A DNA stretch of 39,198 nt from Hyphochytrium catenoides (Eukaryota > Protista > Hyphochytriomycota): NCBI GenBank assembly GCA_900088475.1, contig FLMG01002478.1, positions 1-39,198 on the forward strand. The letters run 5' to 3'. The position numbers were made by a program, and so were the translations under genes. How positions within the stretch are numbered: the stretch's first letter is position 1; the number at the start of each line of letters is the position of its first letter. The notes under the pieces are model-generated. The model searched no databases, had not been told where the DNA came from, and was given only the letters and a program-made list of their open reading frames with translations. Below are positions 1 to 10,991 of this stretch, in pieces.

Positions 1-124
1 CCTCTCTCCCTCTCTCTCTCTCTCTTCCCCCCTCACCTTGACATCTCTATCTATTCTCCTGTCTTCTCTCTTTGACTGCCTCCTCTTGTGCTCTGGCACT
101 TCCTGCCTTGCTCTTTCCTTTGAG

Positions 125-904
125 AAGCTACTCCGCGAAGCAGTAGGAAGATCCAAGCAGAAGAAGAGTTTTCTGCTGGAGATGACGAGGAAGAGAGCGA
201 TGATACTTCGGAGGAGGAAGAGGAAGAAGAACAATCAGTGGGAGGAGGGAAGACGAAGGAAAGGAGAGAGAGGAAACAAGGGAGAGAGGAAGAGTTGCCT
301 TCCTGGGCCTCTTGGGATAAGAATGGACGGCTGCTGTTAAGAGACAGTGACCTGGAAGAGACGTTTGCCAAGGGAAGCGGTGAGCCACCCTCTCCTCTTG
401 TTCTCATGCTTCTTAGACTTCTCGGTGGGCCTCTTTCTTCCCTCTCAGCATTGTTCTTTTCTCCTTTTTTATCGTGTCTCTCTCTCTCTCTCTCTTGTGT
501 GCGTCTCTCTTTTGTTTTCTCTCTTAGTGCAGTCTTTGCAGTTCCCTCGCCCTTCTCCCGAGGCCCTTAAATGCGTGTTCTCTTATCCTGGGCTGCGCAG
601 GGCCTGGAGGTCAGAAGATCAACAAAGTGCGAAACAATGTTATCCTCAAACATAATCCTACAGGTCACTCTCTCTTCTCTCTCTCTCTCTCTGTTCTCTG
701 CCTCCCTCTCAAGCGGTGGTTAATTCTCCCACTCAATGCCTTTGTCTCTCTCCTCTTTTTGTCTCTTTGTTTCTCGCGTCTCCGACCTGCGTTGGTGACA
801 ATACTGCTTCTTCCCTGGCTAGGAACGTCCTTGCCTTCCTCTGTATTGGGCATTGACTGGCTCCACCGCATCTCCTCTTTCTCACTACCGGTATGGTGTC
901 TCTG

Positions 905-936
<32 letters not shown>

Positions 937-1209
937 TTCACGCTTTCCCTGACGCTATAATACTTAGGCGTGGCTGTTCAATGTCAAGAGACGCGTTCTC
1001 TTACTGATAATCGGAGCATTGCCCGCAAACGGCTGACTTTGATGTTGGAAGAGCGCCTACTTGGGAAAGAGAGCAGACTTGGGAAGAGAGCCAGCAAGGA
1101 GAGAGATAAAAAGCGAAAGAAGCACGCGAAGGCGAAGAAGAAGGCCCAGAAAGTTGCGGCAGAACGAGCTAACGGGAAAGAGAAAGACGGGCTCAGCAGC
1201 AAAGCATAA
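125..1209 (+). CDS. Peptidyl-tRNA hydrolase / mitochondrial ribosome rescue factor, C12orf65 (MTRFR)-like, GGQ family; 5' end lies outside the window
   Basis: Phase-consistent exons ~125-379, 601-663 and 968-1209 with GT-AG introns give LRDSDLEETFAKGSGPGGQKINKVRNNVILKHNPTGVAVQCQETRSLTDNRSIARKRL followed by a long basic tail (KRASKERDKKRKKHAKAKKK). GGQ motif plus basic tail without a codon-recognition domain is typical of C12orf65/ArfB-type factors. Confidence 0.85.
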
Positions 1210-1593
1210 AGGAGGATATTGGAAGACCCAGAGACCGGAGACACACAGTGGTCAATATGATGAGCCTCCTGCAGCAGCAGCTTATATAAGAAAGATCACT
1301 ATATAGACGATACCGCGATGAGAGAGGCTCTCATTAGTGACGGAACAAGAGAGAGGCTCTCCTCAGCGTGTCTCTACCATCCCAGTGGTAACTATTTATT
1401 CCTAGACAGCAGCTTACAGCGTCCATTTTTAGCCAGGAGACGATAGCACCACGTCCCCTAGAGCGAAAGTGCCAGGGAGGCCAATACTGTAGAGTATATA
1501 AAGAGACAAAGAGACCCAGAGAAAGAGAGACCTAGAGAGAGAGAGAGACCCACGAGAGAGAGGACACCCCAGAATGGAGGGAAGAGAGAGAGC

Positions 1594-1626
<33 letters not shown>

Positions 1627-1912
1627 GGAGGGGGAGGGGGGGAGAGAGAGAGAGACATGCGGGAGACAGGGCAATAGTTTGCGAAGCGAGATGTGGGAGG
1701 AACCACTTGTAATTGAGCGACACAAGAAAGAGAGTGAGAAGAGAGATTGGTTGAGGCTGGCAGGTCAGTACTTTAGTCCCTAGAGTAGGTTTAATCACAT
1801 GGTACCCGAGAGCGAGAGAGTAAGAGAAACCCCTATCTTTTGTACAACCGGAAGTAAGAGCTTAGGAGAGAGAGAAAGAGAGAGAGAGAGAAAGGCACCA
1901 TAAAGAGGCTTT

Positions 1913-4900
1913 CTACCGAGAGCCCTTCATGCCCTGCAGAAACTCTAATAAATATTCTGGGCAGTCTTCCTCTAGGAGCTCTTTCGTCTCCCAAGTGCTC
2001 TCTCTGTCGCTGTAGCCCTTCCACTTCACTAAGAACTCCTGACGCCCGTCTTTCACTCTGACTTTCACTATCTTCTCCACTTCGTAAAGCTCCCCGTCTC
2101 CATCTGATAGCTCCTCCTCTTTCTCTTTCCCTGCTTTATCCTCTGCGACTCTTCTTTTGCCGCTGTCTTTCTTTTTCTTCGGACTTGGTGGCCTCACTTC
2201 CGTAGCTTTCCCCTCTTGGCCGAAGCGTTGTAGAGCTTTCCTCTGTCTTTTTGCCTGCCGTGTACTCCCAGAACTCGAGTCATCTCCCTCACTCTTTCTC
2301 ATCTGGCTAGAGTCAGAGAGACTGTCCGTGCCTTCGTCGTCTTCCTTTCTCTTTTCCTCTTCTCCGTCTTTCTTTCTTCTCTTGGAAGAACGAGTGGCAC
2401 GAGTGACTCTTGACGGAGAGCTAGGATGGCTCTCAGTGGATGGAGACGGAGGAGCAGAGGAGAGACTGTCCTCTCCTACGGTCTTCTCTGTCTTCTTGTT
2501 GGTAGGGCTGCTCTTTCCTGCGCTTCGGTTCGAGGGGCTGCTGGTCCGGCTGGTCCGTCCAGACTCTTTCTTCTCCTTCGCCTCGACCACAATGTCTCCT
2601 ACTAGAGTCTGGGACGGAGAAGAGTGCAGCAAAGAATACCAAGAGAAGGGCGTTAAGAGGTAGGCAGGACAGTGTAGGGACACCCTTCGGGTTCTTTTGG
2701 GATCTTGGTCTATCCATCCCTCTTGGTGTTTATAAACCTTTCCAGCCTTCTCTCCTTGTCATTTTTCCCTCGTTCTCTTCTAGCTCTTTCAAAGCTTAAA
2801 CCCCGATCGGCTTCTGCCTGATACTCCATCGGCTCCCTCATCCAGCAAGCCCCTTAAGCCTATTGCTCGCCCTTGTGACGCTCACCTTGATGTGCGCCAA
2901 AGCATTCGTCGCAAGGCTAGTTCTCTTCAGGAGCGAATCCTTCAAGAACTCTCCATAGCCACCCTCAAGAACAGAGACAATGCGACCCTGGCAGCAGAAG
3001 TTTGCAATCCTAGAGAAGGAAGACAAGGATATAGAGGGAGAGGGAAGGAGGGATAGGCAGACGGAAAAGCATGCAGGGGCTAGTGAGGTGACCATTGTCT
3101 TCTCGGTAGCAGAGTGCCAGTCTTTTCTTCTTTCTCTCTTACAAGCTTGAGCTTTATGTGTCTTTCGCTCTCTCTGCACCTCTTTTCTCAATATCTTCCT
3201 AGACGTGTGCTCACCTTTGAAGCTGCTCCGTGATCCAGGCGTAGTCGTGAGGAAGAAGATCAAGTCCAACCTGCCCTAGCCGGTTTCCATGTCGTTTGTT
3301 CCCCACATCATTCTTCGCCCCATCAAACCCCGCAGAGATGAGGATAAGGTCTGGGTTGAAGGCACGGAGCGCAGGTAACAGACGGGATGATATCTCTTTG
3401 CGAAACCCTGAAAAAGAGTGAAGAGTGAGTCCGTCACCGGAAGGTATCTCTGAGGGGTTGAGCGGAGGAGATGAAGAGTGAAGCTTGACAACCCAAAGGA
3501 ACAGTGAACGGCTTTGTGTGCTATCACCGGCTGGGGTGACGTGGGAGAAAGCAAGGAAGAAGATAAGCTCGGGCCAGGACTATTGCAAAGGTATGAGGAG
3601 ACGATACAGAGGCGGTCTTGTCTTACCTCTTCTGCCCCCTTCTCTATCTTTACTGTTCTCCCACAACGGGCGTAGGGGAATGTTTAGCGCATTGAATTCC
3701 AAAGAGTCATTTCGGCCACTGCCCGGGTAGAATATCTTGTCGTACAAATGTATGGAAGAGAAGAATAGACTGTCACTCTTCGCCACATGCTTCACTATGT
3801 CTTCAGTCCCATTCCCATGATGTACGTCAAAGTCAACAATGGCGACCTTTTGGACGCTCTCAGGGTGCTGCTGCAGCGCATGAAGCGCACCAACAGCTAC
3901 GCCATTGAAGATGCAGAAGCCGCAGGAGATGCAGCCCTGGAGGAGGCCCTCGCGACCCGCGTGATGTCCTGAGTGACAAATGAGAAGAGACATAAGCACA
4001 AGAGGGGACGAGAGGGGTGTCTGACGAAAGTGGAACGGAGGCACTTGAGCGTATAAGGAGCGAAAGTGTAGGCTTAGAGAAGCGTATGCGAAAGAAGCCA
4101 ACAGCTAGAGCCAATGAGAGACGATGGCGGTCCTTGTGACTAAATAAGTACGTCGGCAAGCAGAGCGGAACCCTCTTTGGAGATTATTGTGGCCAGTAAA
4201 TGAGGGAAGGACAACTCAAGCAATGTCTAAGGCTTGTCCCGCTCTACCTGGAGGCCTCACGCAGCAAAAGGCGTTTCTCCGTTTCTTCTTGACGACTTCG
4301 TCCACGGCTCTGCAGACCGCTCCGACCGCTCTGAGGGAGGCTGTAAGAGAACCCGGAGAAAAGGAAGTGTCGCATATTTCTGCGGCCTTGGCGTCTGCAG
4401 GATTGGTGTTATGAACAGAGACTTGGACGCGAGGAGTGAACGGGACAGATGTGCCGCTAGTGGCGACCTGAAGGAGAAGACGGCAGCGGAAGTTAGAGGA
4501 ACAAAGAGCAAGCGCTCAAGACATAGTATGAGAGAGTGAGCATGGAACTGAGATAGCCCAAGTGCAACCAACAAGATGGTTAATGGACCAGCAAAGAGAG
4601 CTCGAGAGACACTTTCTCTCACAGCAAACAACAAATCACAATGCTGAGGCTGGTCAAGGATAAGCCACTTCTCCATCGTCTTATGACCGACGCATCGACC
4701 CACCTTCTCTGCCAGCTTATATACAAAGTCAACATAGTTTTTGGAGTGTGCCAGACGTAGTATCTCCTGTGTGGCTTTAGGGAACTCACTGAGAACGTCC
4801 AACCTCTTGTCTGTTCTCCCTTCTTTATTCGCTTGCAACTCCTCTTCCACCAATCGCATGATGACTTCTACCCGCTGTTGCCGAGGGAGGATGGACAAGG

Positions 4901-7017
4901 GAGACAGGAGAAGAAAACAATATGATTAATATGCTGTCAAGGTTACGAACAGAGTGGTAGGAGCAAAGAACAGGAGGGAGAGGAGAGAATAGCGAGGAAT
5001 GAGAACGAATGTACAATCTCTTCGATGCTTTATTACCTCTGGAGCTTCCTGGTGTCCCTTGAGAGTTGCATGCAGGAGAGCATCCTCGTGATAAAGAACG
5101 ACGGAGCGGAGAGAAGGACGGAGAGTCACCAGCAACTCCTGGACTTCTAAGCGCTGAGCGTGATCGATGTGGTCGTTGAAGCGACCTACGCCGGGAGGAA
5201 CGATGGAAGGTAGGCTTATCATCCAAGTCGAATTTTTTCAGAAAGAGAAAGAATAGGAGACGCCAAGGTTGGTGAGAGAAGAGTTGCATCAGGCGGATGC
5301 TCAGCAAATTGCCCTAAAGTCTTTAGGAGAGAGGGATATTGAAAGAAAATAGGGGTTCAGTTTTACCTGCGACCTCGTAGGCCGTCATACCCTCAGCGTT
5401 GTACGCAAGAGCAGAGGCGCCGAGTTCCTCTACGAGCGTCCTGACGAGACAACAGAGCCAAAAGAATCAGCGTAAGAAAGAGAGGATAAACAAAGTGAGA
5501 AGGCGAAGACCCACAAGGAAAGAAAAGGGAAGACAGAGAGAAGAGAAAGGGAGAGAAAAAGAGAGAGATGAGAAGGAGAGAAGTGAGCAAGAAAGAGTGA
5601 AAGCGCTAACAAAGTGGGGGGAAAAGATGGGCTTACTTTATAGTCTCCAGATGGCCAAACCGGGCTGCTCTGTGCAGAGGAGTCTCTCCCACTCCCTTGC
5701 TCCTTCCATCCACGGGCATTCCTCCCTCCTGCACCAAGTACTGGCAAACCCTGGGATTGCCTACTCCTGCTCCCCAGTGGAGGCAGTTGAAGCCATCTTT
5801 ATCCTCTGTCTTGATGGAAGCGCCGTGAGAGAGTAAGAGAGAGCAAAGATCTCTTCCTATCTCGTCACTGGTTGAGGCAGCAGCAACCATGAGAGGAGAA
5901 TAGCCGTGCTCGTCTTGGCTGTTGATGTACGCTCTTCTCCCTTGCCCGTCTTTCTCTTTGGTTTCTTTCTCTCCTCCTCCCGCTGTCAGTAGACGAAGGA
6001 CGTCCTTCGTATTTCCTGCTGCGACTGCTGCGTGCAAGGCTGGAGAGGATGAGTAGAGCGACGAAGAGATTGTGAGGACTTGGACATGTTTAATGCAGAA
6101 GAATGGGGAGAGAGACAAAAGGGAAAGCGAAAGAAAGCAAAGAAACCCGCGGAAGGAGAGAGGGAAAGAGAGAGGAGAGGGTAATGCTCAAGATAAACCC
6201 GGGGGGCAAAAGCGTCCGTGGCTGAGAGAGAAAAGTTGAGAGTTTGAGAAAGAGAGAGGGACGCGTACCTGTCGTGTCGTCCTCTGCTCTCTGCGCATTC
6301 ACTGGCGTCTGCATGGAGACCAGAAGGTCCAGGCAAGGCATTGGCATGTCAATTGAGAGTCCTGAATCGAGAGGAAGAGAGTCATGGATACCAGAGGAAA
6401 AGGGAAATAAGGGGCAAAAGGATGCGGTTACAAGGGACGGGAACAACGGCGTTAGCAGTCCAAGCATAAGTCGCAGTGGAGAAACAAAGAAGCCAAAAGA
6501 GAAGGGAAAGAAAGAGAGAGAGAGAGAGAAAGTAACAGAGAGAGTGTGAGAGAGAGAGTGAGAGAGAAACAATAGCCCTAAGAGAAAAAGAAAAGGAGAG
6601 AGAGAGAGAGAGAGAGAGATGGTAAAGATAAAGGAAGACGGAATGCGGACATAGTGACAGAAGGACCAGGAGGGCCATAGGCAGCGAGAGGTAAGACGAA
6701 AGATAGCAACAAACGCCGAGACTGACAGCCATTTGAGGCGCTTACGTTCAGGTCTTCCATTGCTTTCGTCTGTCTCTGCAGTACGGACAGGCGCCGGGCG
6801 GGGGAAAGCATCGCTGACAGGCGGAGATGGAGTGGAATTTGCCAGAGAGACCGCAAAAGCGCCAGTAGTGGAAGCAGCAGGAATAGAAGCACCAGAAGGG
6901 GGTGAAGCTTTCCGTAGAGAGAGAGAGGACGGAGAGAGAGAAAGAGAATTGGGTTCAGGAGGAATTCGCAAGTTCTCGAGCTTCAGCGGCGGGATAACCT
7001 TCGCTAATTCTTTCCGA
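1913..7017 (-). CDS. Ankyrin-repeat + class II (Hda1/HDAC6-like) histone deacetylase + C-terminal chromodomain fusion protein; 5' end uncertain (N gap)
   Basis: Exons, all GT-AG and phase-consistent: 7017(gap)-6746, 6361-6269, 6039-5637, 5440-5367, 5185-5037, 4874-4704, 4467-4248, 3968-3627, 3407-3215, 3009-2886, 2608-1913. ANK motifs: TALHAAVAAGN, GYSPLMVAAA, GFNCLHWGAGVG, GETPLHRAARFGH. HDAC motifs: HQEAPER, RPPGHHA, GFCIFN, DFDVHHGNGT, SIH, FYPGSG, SAGFDG, LEGGYG. Chromodomain: LYEVEKIVKVRVKDGRQEFLVKWKGYSDRESTWE. A possible extra 3' exon lies at 1486-1429. Confidence 0.9.
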
Positions 7018-7074
7018 NNNNNNNNNNNNNNNNNNNNNNNNNNNNNNNNNNNNNNNNNNNNNNNNNNNNNNNNN
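7018..7074. other. Assembly gap (N run)
   Basis: Run of N bases; it interrupts the 5' part of the HDAC gene. Confidence 1.
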
Positions 7075-7614
7075 AAGACTAGTGGAAGCAAGCCGCAGAC
7101 CTGACTCAAACGCCTGTGGGGAGTCCTGCTGGCGAGAGCGAGAAGACGACGGCAGCGGAGGCTTGTTCTTGCCCTTCATAGGACTGGGCCTCTGTCCTTG
7201 GGAGGAGAGAGCGAGAGAGAGAAGTGACGCAGGATCTTCCAAGCTGCTGGAGCGCCTCCGCGTAAGTGGCCCGGTGCCCTTATATGCCAGGCTGCCCATC
7301 GGTCCTGCGCCCAGTAAGAGACCCGCGCGAGAGAGAGACCATAAACAGACCCAGCTCTTGAAGAGAGATCAAGACCTGGCTGAGGAGAAAAAGCCCAGAG
7401 AGAGTCAAGAAGGGACGGCAAGAGGAAGGAAGTGCAGCCTGACAAGATCGCGTTATGTTGTCGCCGTCCAGCTCGCTAACGTGTGCTGCGCTGTCCCATG
7501 GGAGAACGGATACCGAAGATCACCTTAGCTAACGGGGGAAGTGAAGAGGGCTTGCCATAGAAGTACAAGCTGTCATGCAGTGCTTTTGATGACTGTGGGA
7601 GCAGGGAGGAGCAA

Positions 7615-7675
7615 CACAGAGAGAGAGTGAGCGAGCGAGAGAGAGAGAGTGAGCGAGAGAGAGAGAGTGAGAGAG

Positions 7676-7706
<31 letters not shown>

Positions 7707-7850
7707 AAGTGACGGGGAGAGAGAAAGAGAGAGAGGGGGAGAGAGAAAGAGAGAGAGGGGGAGAGAGAGAGGAGGGAGGGAGAAAGAGAGAGAGTGACAG
7801 AGAGAAGAGAGAGAGAGAGGGAGAGAGGGAGAGAGAGAGAGAGAGAGAGG
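7615..7850. repeat. Imperfect (AG)n microsatellite tract
   Basis: Almost pure GA dinucleotide run of about 235 bp. Confidence 0.95.
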
Positions 7851-8139
7851 AAGACATAGGAATACAAAGCCGAGGGCACACTGTCAAAAAGCAACACCAT
7901 CACATCGTGAGAATAAGCAATTCTGTAATCCGATAATATGCCGCCATCAGTTCTCTCTGCTTCCTCTGTGCCAAAGAGCCGCCCACACTAACCGCCGTTA
8001 CTCGTTTTCGTTTCTTTCCTACCCAAAGCTTCTCCGCCCATCCGCCCTTCTGAGAGGTAGGTTGAACTTCACAAAGGGCACTGAAGGGGTCCCAACAAAG
8101 GTGATGAGAGTAGTCTGGGTGGGTGGGGCTGCACTCTGT

Positions 8140-8142
8140 CTT

Positions 8143-8184
<42 letters not shown>

Positions 8185-8350
8185 TCTCTTTCTCTCTCTC
8201 TTCTCTCTCTCTCTCTTTCCATGTCTCTCTAGACCTTGCTTTCTCTTTCTCTCTCTTTTCTGCCTCTGTTTCACCTGTCTTCTTTCTCTTTCTCTCTCCC
8301 TTCTCACTACTGTTCCTTTTTCTCTTATCTCTCTCTGTCTTCGTCTCGCT
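8140..8350. repeat. Imperfect (CT)n microsatellite tract
   Basis: Long TC-rich run, complementary in sense to 7615-7850. Confidence 0.9.
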
Positions 8351-9488
8351 CTGTCTGTCTCTGTACGCAGCTTTCCTTTTTTTGATCCGTCGTTGCTCTT
8401 TCTCACGCCCGTCGCCCTTGTGCTTTTTACTCCCTATTTCTCTGCTCTGTCTCTCATCAAATCACTACTTGCATGATAACTTCATAGATTGATGATGATG
8501 ATGATGCTTGATAAAGAAGAAGAGATGACCTCCGTTCATAACTAATAAGAAAGTCATTCAGAGTGATTGAAGATTGATAATGGCCAGGGAGAGAGAGAGA
8601 AGAGATAATGGACTGAGACAGAGGGAGTAGGGAGAGATAAGACAGAGGAAAGAGAGAGGAATAAGAAGTCAGAGAGAGAAGGAGATTGAGAATGAGACGA
8701 GAGAGACAGATATCAATGGAGGGACATGCGCCAAGGAAAAGTTGAGCTGAGGTTCCGGACAGATGGAAGAAGAAGACAGCACTTCGATAAGGGAAGATCC
8801 TACTTTGGAGGGAGAAAGAGAGAGAAAAAGAATAATAGAGAGAGAGGACGAGAGAGGACCGAGGTAGACATGACTAATAACAGCGGTACCGGGCGAGCTG
8901 CTATCTTGTCTTCTCAGTAGACAAGAAGCAGCAGCCCAAGTCAAGCGGGAGGTAGCTGCTGACATGGAAGGCTAACCAGTGACCAGAAGACACCGCGCTT
9001 CATCGTCATGAGGACGGCTTTACAATGCTTCGACTGGGGAAGGACATAGTCCTCTCTCTTACATTCTCTCTTACATGGAGCAGGAGAGAGTCGTCATTGC
9101 TGTCAGCATCACATCCGCGTCCTCCGAAGGCTCCACCAGCCACGCTGGCGTCCTAAGCACCTTCTTCTCGCTGCATCGTTGGCAAGCGGGCGCAGATCAC
9201 TCTGTGAGACCATTATTGGAAGAGTGGCAGGGCAGAAGAAGTAAGCTTTGCCTAGGTCGTGCTCCATTCTGAGACGGACACAGCTTAAATCAGGATTCTA
9301 GCAGAAGGGAGAATAGGCCCGTTCTTCTTCCCACGCCAGTCGCTGAGAAGAAGGAACCATCAATGGCCCAGGCTTTTGAGGAACAAGGCTACGTCCTGAA
9401 TAGTAGGGAGCTGCCATGTCATGAGCTAGAGACCAAACATTGCCTTAGAATGACTAGAATGACAAGAGACCTTAGCTCTTCCTCCTAC

Positions 9489-10027
9489 TCGAGTTTGCTT
9501 GGTCTTCCTGTCCTCGGTTAGATCTATGTTTTGACTAGAATCCCAAACCTCCTCAGCTGCCTGCCACGGAGGCAGTATGCTCTAAAGGACGACGTCTGGA
9601 GGACTGATGCTAAACATAATGACGTTGGTGGCCTTACTAGCGTCGCTATACCAATCCAATCCAGCCGTCCATCTCCTTCGATGGTCAATAACACATCATT
9701 GTCTCCTAGAAAACAGCGTTTGCGCAGCCCCTACTGTTGCTCTTCACGTCCTGACCCTGGCTAACCTCACCATCTAGCTGAAGTTTCTCTCCAGCTGTGC
9801 CGCATGCTAGCTTGAGAAGACAGTGAGGACCTGGCACACAGCTTCACCGAGTGATCTTCCCTTCTAACCATTCTAGAGTGCAAGTCATGCCAAGAAGAGG
9901 AGGTGGCAACTAGGAAGACAAACATTCCCTTTCAGTTGCCTGAAGACCAACCGAACATTCCTGACTCACCCTCGTGGGTGATTTGCGACTTTATTAGACA
10001 GGTCCGGAACTTTACGCTATGACAAAT
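9489..10027 (-). CDS. Internal exons of an uncharacterised spliced gene (not in ORF track)
   Basis: Exons 10027-9970, 9830-9771, 9705-9638 and 9560-~9489, separated by 65-139 nt GT-AG introns, join in phase: ICHSVKFRTCLIKSQITHEGPHCLLKLACGTAGEKLQLDGDNDVLLTIEGDGRLDWIGIATLAAEEVWDSSQNIDLTEDRKTKQTR. No recognised domain. Confidence 0.4.
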
Positions 10028-10991
10028 CTATGGTAAAATACCTTTTGCTATAAATCATTACGAAAGTGACTTTGCTAAGCACGCTGCGCCTCATTCCAGT
10101 AGTTTCGCTGTGTGTCCCACTCTTTCTCGCTCTTTTCTAAGAATGCGACTATCTCTGATCTGGCTCCTCATCTTCAACAAGAATGTCCGACAGCGCCGGA
10201 CTTTTCAACAAGAAGCAGACGAAGATCAGCCTCTGCCCAGGATCCTCCTCCTCTCCTCTTCCTCCTCCTCCTCCTTGGCTGCCCCACAAGTGCGATGAGC
10301 GCCTTAGACACGATGCCCCGACAGTTTAGACTCTTAGAAGCCTCACCGACAAGGAAGTGGAGAGAAGCGAGCAGCAGGAGGAGGTCTGTCTTCATCTGCT
10401 CGAGGGGTAGGATGATGACCAGGCTCGACGTCCGGAGCGATGAGTTTGAAGAGGAGGATGATTGGCGCGGTTGGACACGTCATCACGTTGTCATTCACCT
10501 AGCTTTCTCTCTGCGATGTCTACAAAAAGTGAGGTACCTGAGAATGATAAGAACGCATTGTCCTCCTTTGTCATCAAGAAATGACACCTGATATCCTGGC
10601 AACTCAGAGTGAAGACTATCTAGTTTGGCCGTGAGTATGCTGGGAAGCTCAACGCACCTGATAACTCTCATAATGACACTCTACATAGACATCACGAGCC
10701 CGTCTAGAGCTCACATTACTCAGAGAGCCAGTGTGCCAGTCTACTTTGACAAGAAGAGGCATTATCATGTAGGGGCAGTGCAGTAGACGACAATCACGAT
10801 CAGGAGGGAAGCACGTCAGTCAGCAGAGAAAGAGACCTAGGCAAAGAGGCCGTCATTTCTGCTTCCGTAGCAAGCTACTCACTTGCCCAGCACTGTCAGG
10901 TCATCGCCGCGTGATCTTCTTTCCTCTACGAGTAGAGTCCACGGTGCTATCATTATAAGTGAAAGAAAAAGCCAGCTAACAAAACACTATC

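Noticed and set aside
3300-3335. Apparent frameshift in the HDAC exon (ORF track shows GRRMMWGTNDMETG*)
   Set aside because: Recounting the C run (3318-3321) gives an intact frame, SAGFDGAKNDVGN. The track ORF is a different frame.
7529-8476. Many ORFs of SLSLSL/ERERER type here and at 1429-1798, 17181-17642, 37379-37861 and 38388-39089
   Set aside because: These are translations of AG/CT microsatellites that lack stop codons, not evidence of genes.
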